From Armatimonadota bacterium (GTDB lineage: Bacteria > Sysuimicrobiota > Sysuimicrobiia > Sysuimicrobiales > Kaftiobacteriaceae): a DNA stretch of 21,429 nt. Positions within the stretch are counted from its first letter, which is position 1; every line of letters starts with the position of its first letter. Positions 16,731-21,429 of this stretch are shown here, piece by piece. The position numbers were made by a program, and so were the translations under genes. The DNA lies in NCBI GenBank assembly GCA_037440005.1, contig JBBIUY010000024.1:1-21429 (forward strand). The letters run 5' to 3'. The notes beneath the pieces are model-generated. The model saw only the letters and a list, made by a program, of their open reading frames with translations. It was not told the DNA's origin and made no database searches.

Positions 16731-17768
16731 TCAGCGGTCCCGGACCTCCACGCCGTGCCTGCGCAGGCAGTCCAGGACCGCCGGGAGGGGAACAGCCGCC
16801 ACCACCCGCCCGTCCCGACCCCGGGTGGTCTCCGCCATGAACAGGGCGTTGAGAATCGCTTCCTCCGCCGCCTCCACCGCCGCCCGGAACAGCGCGTTCA
16901 TGACCGCCCGCGGTTGGCGCTCGACAGCGGCGGCCGTCGAGAAGGCCAGGGACAGGTCTCCGCTGCTGTCGCCGCTGATGGCTCCGGTCCTCGCCATGCC
17001 CAGAAAGCACCGCCGGGCCAGACGGCGGAGGTCCCCCGGTCCCAGCGGCGCATCGGTGGCCAGCACGAAGACGCAGGAGCCCCGCTCGTGCGGCCCCTCC
17101 CCGCCCAGCGGCCCGTGCGCCGCCAGCTCGCGGCCGACGGGCACCCCCGCCACCACGAGGTCTTGGGGAAACCCGAAGTTGGGCAGTGCCAGCACGCCCA
17201 CGGTGTAGCCCGGCTCACCGGTCAGCCGGGAGGCGGTGCCCACGCCGGATTTGAACCCCTGGCAGCGCAGGCCCGTGCCGGCGCCGACACACCCTTCGGC
17301 CACCGGGCCGTCCGCCGCCTGGTCCAGGGCGGCCCGCACCTCGCGCTCCCCGACGGCCCGAGCCGGCGCGTCGTTGAGGTAGCCGTCGAAGCACTCGAGC
17401 ACCACCGGGTTGACGGTGTCGGTGTCCCCGATGGCGGGATCCTGGTCCAGCATCCAGGTGATGAGGGCGTCGGCCACCCGGGGCACGTTGAGGGTGCTGG
17501 TGAGGAGCACGGGCGTCTCCACCGTCCCCAGCTCCTCGACCTGCATCAGTCCCACCGACTTCCCGTAGCCGTTGAGCACCGCGCAGCCGGCGGTGACCGG
17601 GTTCCGGTAGAGGCCCCCGGGGCGGGGAAGCACCGCCGTGACGCCCGTGCACAGCCGCCCCTCCCGGACGGTGGCGTGGCCCACCCGCACGCCGGGCACG
17701 TCGGTGATGGCGTTCAGCCGCCCGGGGGGAAGACCACCCCAGACGAGAAGGTCGCGCAGCCGCGGCAT
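16731..17768 (-). CDS. dmpA: DmpA-like (P1/S58) L-aminopeptidase/D-esterase
   Basis: NAITDVPGVRVGH, TGVTAV, NGYGKSVG, VVLECFD, EGCVGAGTG, FKSGVGTASR, autocleavage G/S in ERGSCVFVLATDAPL, and SSGD. Confidence 0.9.
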   Translation of the reverse strand: MPRLRDLLVWGGLPPGRLNAITDVPGVRVGHATVREGRLCTGVTAVLPRPGGLYRNPVTAGCAVLNGYGKSVGLMQVEELGTVETPVLLTSTLNVPRVADALITWMLDQDPAIGDTDTVNPVVLECFDGYLNDAPARAVGEREVRAALDQAADGPVAEGCVGAGTGLRCQGFKSGVGTASRLTGEPGYTVGVLALPNFGFPQDLVVAGVPVGRELAAHGPLGGEGPHERGSCVFVLATDAPLGPGDLRRLARRCFLGMARTGAISGDSSGDLSLAFSTAAAVERQPRAVMNALFRAAVEAAEEAILNALFMAETTRGRDGRVVAAVPLPAVLDCLRRHGVEVRDR

Positions 17769-17868
17769 GTCCGTGAGAGGGATTGTCCGCCCCTCGCGCG
17801 CATCCCTCCGCCTCCGGGGTCTGCCTCACGGCTCCTGCGGGGCACAGAAACACACAGGAGCCCAGCCG

Positions 17869-19506
17869 ATGCAACTTCTCCGCCGCCTGCGCACGGCCTA
17901 CCGCCACCTGCGCGCACCCGGCCGACTCGGGGCCGCGCCCGCCCCGCCCGGAGGGCGGTCGTTCCTGGAGGCCCTGCACCGCCAGACCCGGGTGGAGCGC
18001 GCCATCACCCTGGTGCGCCTGGCGGTCCTGCTGACCCTGCTGCCCCTGCTGCAGTGGGACGCCCTCTCGCCCGAGAGCGAGGTCGCCCTGACGGCGCTGT
18101 CGGTCCTGCTGGGCGGCTATGTGGCCGTCCTGTGGTTTGTCGTCCCCCGGCTCCGGTGGGCGCCGACCCAGGACTTCCTGATGACCGTGGACATCCTGGC
18201 CATCGCGGCGCTGACCGGGTTCACCGGAGGGATCCAGAGCCCGCTGCTGCCCCTGTTCTACCTGCCCATCCTGGCCGCCGCGGTGCGGTTGAACCTGCGC
18301 CAGACGCTGCTGTCGGCCATCGCCGTCTCGGCCGTCGTCATCTGGATGTGGTCGGTGGCCGAGGGGGGGATCCAGGCCCTGGGCCCGGCCACCCTGCGGG
18401 TGGGGCTGTTCACCATCGGCAGCCTGCTGCTGGCGGCCTTCTTCGGGGTGCTGGCCCAGGAGACGCGGGTGTCCCGGGAGCGGGAGGAACTCGCGCGCAC
18501 CCTCCAGGCCAGGCTGGCCGCGGCCACCGACCAGCTGATGCGCCGGCTGGCGGACCTGGAGTTCGCCTACGACCTCTCCCGGCGCCTGGCCGCCGTCACC
18601 GACACGGCCTCGGTCCTGAGCATCGTCGTCGAGGCGGCCCGACAGCTGCTGGCCGCCCCCTGCGCGGCGGTGTTCCTGGCCTCCCCCCACGGAGCGGAGT
18701 TCACCCCGGCGCGGGTGGCGGGCGCCGACGAGACCGACGCCCGGGCAATCATGGCGGCCTGCGCGGCCCGGATCACCGAAGCCGCCAGTCCCCCCGTCCA
18801 GGTGGACGTCGCCGACGAGGGGCCGTGGACCCGGGCCGTCGGTGTCCCGGTGGCGGTGGGCGACCGCCTGATCGGCATCCTGGCCGCCGGGGGAGACCGG
18901 CGGTGGGAACCCGCCCGCACCGCCCTGGCCACTGTGGGCCACGTGGCCAGCCAGGCGGGGCTGGCCCTGGACCGGGCGGCGCTGCTGGAGGACCTGCAGC
19001 GGCTGGCGCTGGCCAAGCCCGACGCCCGGCTGTACTCCCGGGACCAGTTCGACGACCTGCTGCGCCAGGAGGTGTCGCGGGCCACCCAGCTGGGGGTGCC
19101 CTTCGCCCTGCTGGCCCTGCACTGCCCTCAGATCGCCGCCCGCGCGCTGGCCGGAGCCGAAGAGGCCGAGCTGGCCCACCGGCGGTGGACGGGCCTGGCC
19201 CTGGAGGTTGTCCGCCGGGTGGACCTGGTGGCCGACAACGGGGCGGGGTCGATGCTGATCCTGCTGGCCCTCACCAACCCGACCGGCGCCCGGACGTTCG
19301 CCGCCCGCCTGGCGGAGGTCGTCCGTACCGACGCCACCCTCCAGCGGCTGCTGGACGCCCAGGAGCCGGTGGAGGTCTACGCCGGCATCGCCGCCTTCCC
19401 CGACGACGCGGTGACCGCCAGCGAACTCCTCCACGGCGCCCTGGACGCGGTGGCCGCCGCCGACACCACCCGGGCGATCGTGGGAGCGTCGGCGATCGGC
19501 CTGTGA
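17869..19506 (+). CDS. Membrane protein with about 6 TM helices, coiled coil, GAF domain and degenerate GGDEF domain, 545 aa
   Basis: ATG 17869 follows AGGAG. TM domain with D...TGG..SP, GAF block VPVAVGDRLIGIL...ALDRAALL, and GGDEF-fold remnants LYSR..F...L..E..RA, RRVD-x5-GAGSM, AGIAAFPDDA. Confidence 0.82.
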   Translation: MQLLRRLRTAYRHLRAPGRLGAAPAPPGGRSFLEALHRQTRVERAITLVRLAVLLTLLPLLQWDALSPESEVALTALSVLLGGYVAVLWFVVPRLRWAPTQDFLMTVDILAIAALTGFTGGIQSPLLPLFYLPILAAAVRLNLRQTLLSAIAVSAVVIWMWSVAEGGIQALGPATLRVGLFTIGSLLLAAFFGVLAQETRVSREREELARTLQARLAAATDQLMRRLADLEFAYDLSRRLAAVTDTASVLSIVVEAARQLLAAPCAAVFLASPHGAEFTPARVAGADETDARAIMAACAARITEAASPPVQVDVADEGPWTRAVGVPVAVGDRLIGILAAGGDRRWEPARTALATVGHVASQAGLALDRAALLEDLQRLALAKPDARLYSRDQFDDLLRQEVSRATQLGVPFALLALHCPQIAARALAGAEEAELAHRRWTGLALEVVRRVDLVADNGAGSMLILLALTNPTGARTFAARLAEVVRTDATLQRLLDAQEPVEVYAGIAAFPDDAVTASELLHGALDAVAAADTTRAIVGASAIGL

Positions 19507-19531
19507 CCGCTCCCGGGAGGGCGACCGCGGG

Positions 19532-21199
19532 TCAGCGCAGGCGCTCCAGCGCCGACCGGGAAACGGTGGCCAGGACCTGCTGCTGGTAGTACACCGGGCC
19601 GCCGTCGTCGGCCGTCACGTCGGACGGGTAGTGGGTGGAGACGAACAGGGCGTACACGTTCTTGGCCGAGACGGCCAGGCCGAAGTAGTCGCCGATGAAC
19701 CCCCGGCCCTGGGGGCAGGGGTCGGTGTGTCCGGCGCAGGGGTACTGGGAGACCCCGCCGACCTTCTGGACCGGCTGCTCGGGGTCCCAGGTGTACTGGG
19801 AGATCCGGACGTTGGGCCCCGCGGGCGTCAGGTCGGTACCCGTGTCCCGGTACACCTGCAGGGACACGTCGATGCAGAAGTTCGTGCGCCCCTCATGCCC
19901 CGGGGCCACGCTGGGGTCCTCCGGGCAGGCCAGCCGCCGGTCGTAGAACGCCACCGCCACCAGCCCGCCCGGGCCGGCGGCCACCGACGGCTGGAACTGG
20001 TCGGTGGGTTCGCTAATGTTGTCGTTGACCTTGACGGGATCGGACCAGGTCCGTCCCCCGTCGGCGGACCACGTCAGCCAGACGTCCATCTGCCCGGTCT
20101 GCCTGTCCCACCCCTCGTACACCAGGTAGAGGTGACCCGGATACACGGGGCTGGCCGCGAAGTGCTCGGTGATGCCGTCCCGGAAGGTGGTGTTGGGCAG
20201 GAAGCCCGTGGGCACCACGTCCACGGTGGCCACCTTCACGAACGGGCTCCAGGTCTGGCCGTCGTCCTCGGAACGCGTCACGTACAGCGTGGCCGGCGTG
20301 ATGCAACAGGGCGGGAAGGACGCGAAGGCCACGTACAGGTCCCCTGCGGCGTCCACGGCGGGATAGACGAAGGTGTTGGCCGGACCGCTCTGGTTGGCGG
20401 GCACGGTGAGCGTGCGGGGCCGGTCGAAGGACTGACCCCGGTCCCGGGAGACGGCGTACCGGATCTCCACCGTGAACCCGTTGAACACCGACCAGAAGGC
20501 GTACACGTGGTCCTGGAACGGGTGGCCCGGAATGTTGTTGACGGCCACCCACTGTTTGTCCTCGACGCCCCCAAACGTCAGGGACGACTGGTTGGGGACC
20601 CGGTCCAGGTAGCGGCCGCCGTTGCCCAGGACCCACGTGCGCCCCAGGTCGTCGCTGTAGGACAGCCCGATGGCGGCGTCGGGGTGCAGGTTGACCCACC
20701 AGGCGTTGGCCGGCAGGGTGGTCTGGTAGGCCCGACCGCGGCTGTCGAAGGCCACGTTGGGGTCGGTGACGATCATCCAGCTGGGCGGCATGGACTGGGT
20801 GCCGGTGGAGACGCAGTCGTAGCCCTGCACCTGCGTGTGCGCCACAGGCCTGCCGTTGCGGATGGTATAGGCGCCCAGGTGGAAGATGTAAAAAGTGCTG
20901 AACGTCTCGAAGAAGATCTTGGAGGTCCCCACGAGGTTCTCGGTGCCGGGCTGGACCGCCAGCCAGGACTCGGACCGGTTGGCGTTGTACAGCCCCGGCC
21001 GGCAGGTCCCCGGAAGGGGGGCCGTGGCGCCCGGAGGCACGGGGTACCCGCCGCCTTCGATCGGGCGGCTGGCCACCACATTGGTCACCGGGACCGTGGC
21101 GAGCCATCCCTCCGGAGCGGATCGCACCGCGTCGGGAAGCACCAGCGTCACCAGTACGAGTGCCACGCCCGCCGACACAGCGGCCATCTGCCAGCGCAT
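19532..21199 (-). CDS. Secreted Asp-box (BNR) beta-propeller protein, sialidase-like fold
   Basis: Signal peptide, four Asp boxes (SDDLGRTW, SRDRGQSF, SEDDGQTW, SADGGRTW), DP.VAFD, DKQWVAV, QFQP, FYDRR, FIGDYFG. SD AGGAGG upstream. Confidence 0.85.
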   Translation of the reverse strand: MRWQMAAVSAGVALVLVTLVLPDAVRSAPEGWLATVPVTNVVASRPIEGGGYPVPPGATAPLPGTCRPGLYNANRSESWLAVQPGTENLVGTSKIFFETFSTFYIFHLGAYTIRNGRPVAHTQVQGYDCVSTGTQSMPPSWMIVTDPNVAFDSRGRAYQTTLPANAWWVNLHPDAAIGLSYSDDLGRTWVLGNGGRYLDRVPNQSSLTFGGVEDKQWVAVNNIPGHPFQDHVYAFWSVFNGFTVEIRYAVSRDRGQSFDRPRTLTVPANQSGPANTFVYPAVDAAGDLYVAFASFPPCCITPATLYVTRSEDDGQTWSPFVKVATVDVVPTGFLPNTTFRDGITEHFAASPVYPGHLYLVYEGWDRQTGQMDVWLTWSADGGRTWSDPVKVNDNISEPTDQFQPSVAAGPGGLVAVAFYDRRLACPEDPSVAPGHEGRTNFCIDVSLQVYRDTGTDLTPAGPNVRISQYTWDPEQPVQKVGGVSQYPCAGHTDPCPQGRGFIGDYFGLAVSAKNVYALFVSTHYPSDVTADDGGPVYYQQQVLATVSRSALERLR

Positions 21200-21277
21200 C
21201 GGCGTCCCTCCTTTCGCGTGTACGGGGTACAGGAGGGTTTTCGCGCCGGGCCTGCCGCCCCCCGCACGGGAGCCGGC

Positions 21278-21307
21278 TTGCTGGCCCGCCGGCGGGCGCC
21301 CTATAAT
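21278..21307 (+). promoter_or_regulatory. Sigma70-type promoter of the tRNA gene
   Basis: TTGCTG (21278-21283), 18-bp spacer, perfect TATAAT (21302-21307), then a GC-rich discriminator. The -10 ends 16 bp before the tRNA. Confidence 0.75.
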
Positions 21308-21323
21308 GAGCGCGGTGCGGCGT

Positions 21324-21407
21324 GCCGGGCTGGCGGAATTGGCAGACGCGTACGCTTGAGGGGCGTATGGGTTTCCCGTGGGGGTTCAAATCCCTCGCCC
21401 GGCACCA
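21324..21407 (+). tRNA. tRNA-Leu(GAG)
   Basis: Acceptor stem GCCGGGC/GCCCGGC, D-loop with TTGGCAGAC, anticodon arm TACGC-TTGAGGG-GCGTA (GAG at 21358-21360), variable arm, GTTCAAATC T-loop, discriminator A and encoded CCA. Confidence 0.97.
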
Positions 21408-21429
21408 GAAAAGGGCGGCAGGGTCGTTC

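Noticed and set aside
16371..19589. 1072-aa + strand ORF
   Set aside because: Antisense to dmpA and M23, then off-frame over the GAF protein. Low-complexity Pro/Gly/Arg composition.
21200..21250. Resemblance to c-di-GMP-I riboswitch P2 (AAACC...GAAA...GGGACGC)
   Set aside because: The start codon follows immediately, leaving no P3 or P1 elements. Only the anti-SD hairpin is supported.
21324..21429. tRNA-Leu as the integration site of a genomic island
   Set aside because: No integrase and no duplicated tRNA 3' end seen in the window. Only 22 bp downstream are visible, so this cannot be assessed.

Overview
Very GC-rich bacterial chromosomal window (about 70-75% GC by eye) with 16 supportable CDS and one tRNA. 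From left to right: a family-5 (peptide/nickel) ABC permease and binding protein; a ylbE/fdrA pair (allantoin-catabolism family, DUF1116 plus FdrA); a DUF3105 protein; a tightly coupled six-gene minus-strand operon divergent from a LysR regulator (M24 peptidase, dppC-like, SBP, dppB-like, MATE/MOP-like membrane protein, S9-like hydrolase); a dmpA-like/M23 peptidase pair; a membrane GAF protein with a degenerate GGDEF domain; a secreted Asp-box beta-propeller protein; and tRNA-Leu(GAG). No transposase, integrase, CRISPR array or phage gene is visible. Most notable: (1) the S9-like protein keeps its nucleophile Ser but has Lys and Tyr at the canonical Asp and His triad positions, inside an ATPase-less import/hydrolysis/export operon; (2) a PelD-like probable c-di-GMP receptor with no pel genes nearby; (3) fdrA-ylbE without ylbF or carbamate kinase; (4) several leader structures, including two hairpins that cover Shine-Dalgarno sites and a pseudoknot-like leader. 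All family calls come from motif recognition by eye, not database searches.
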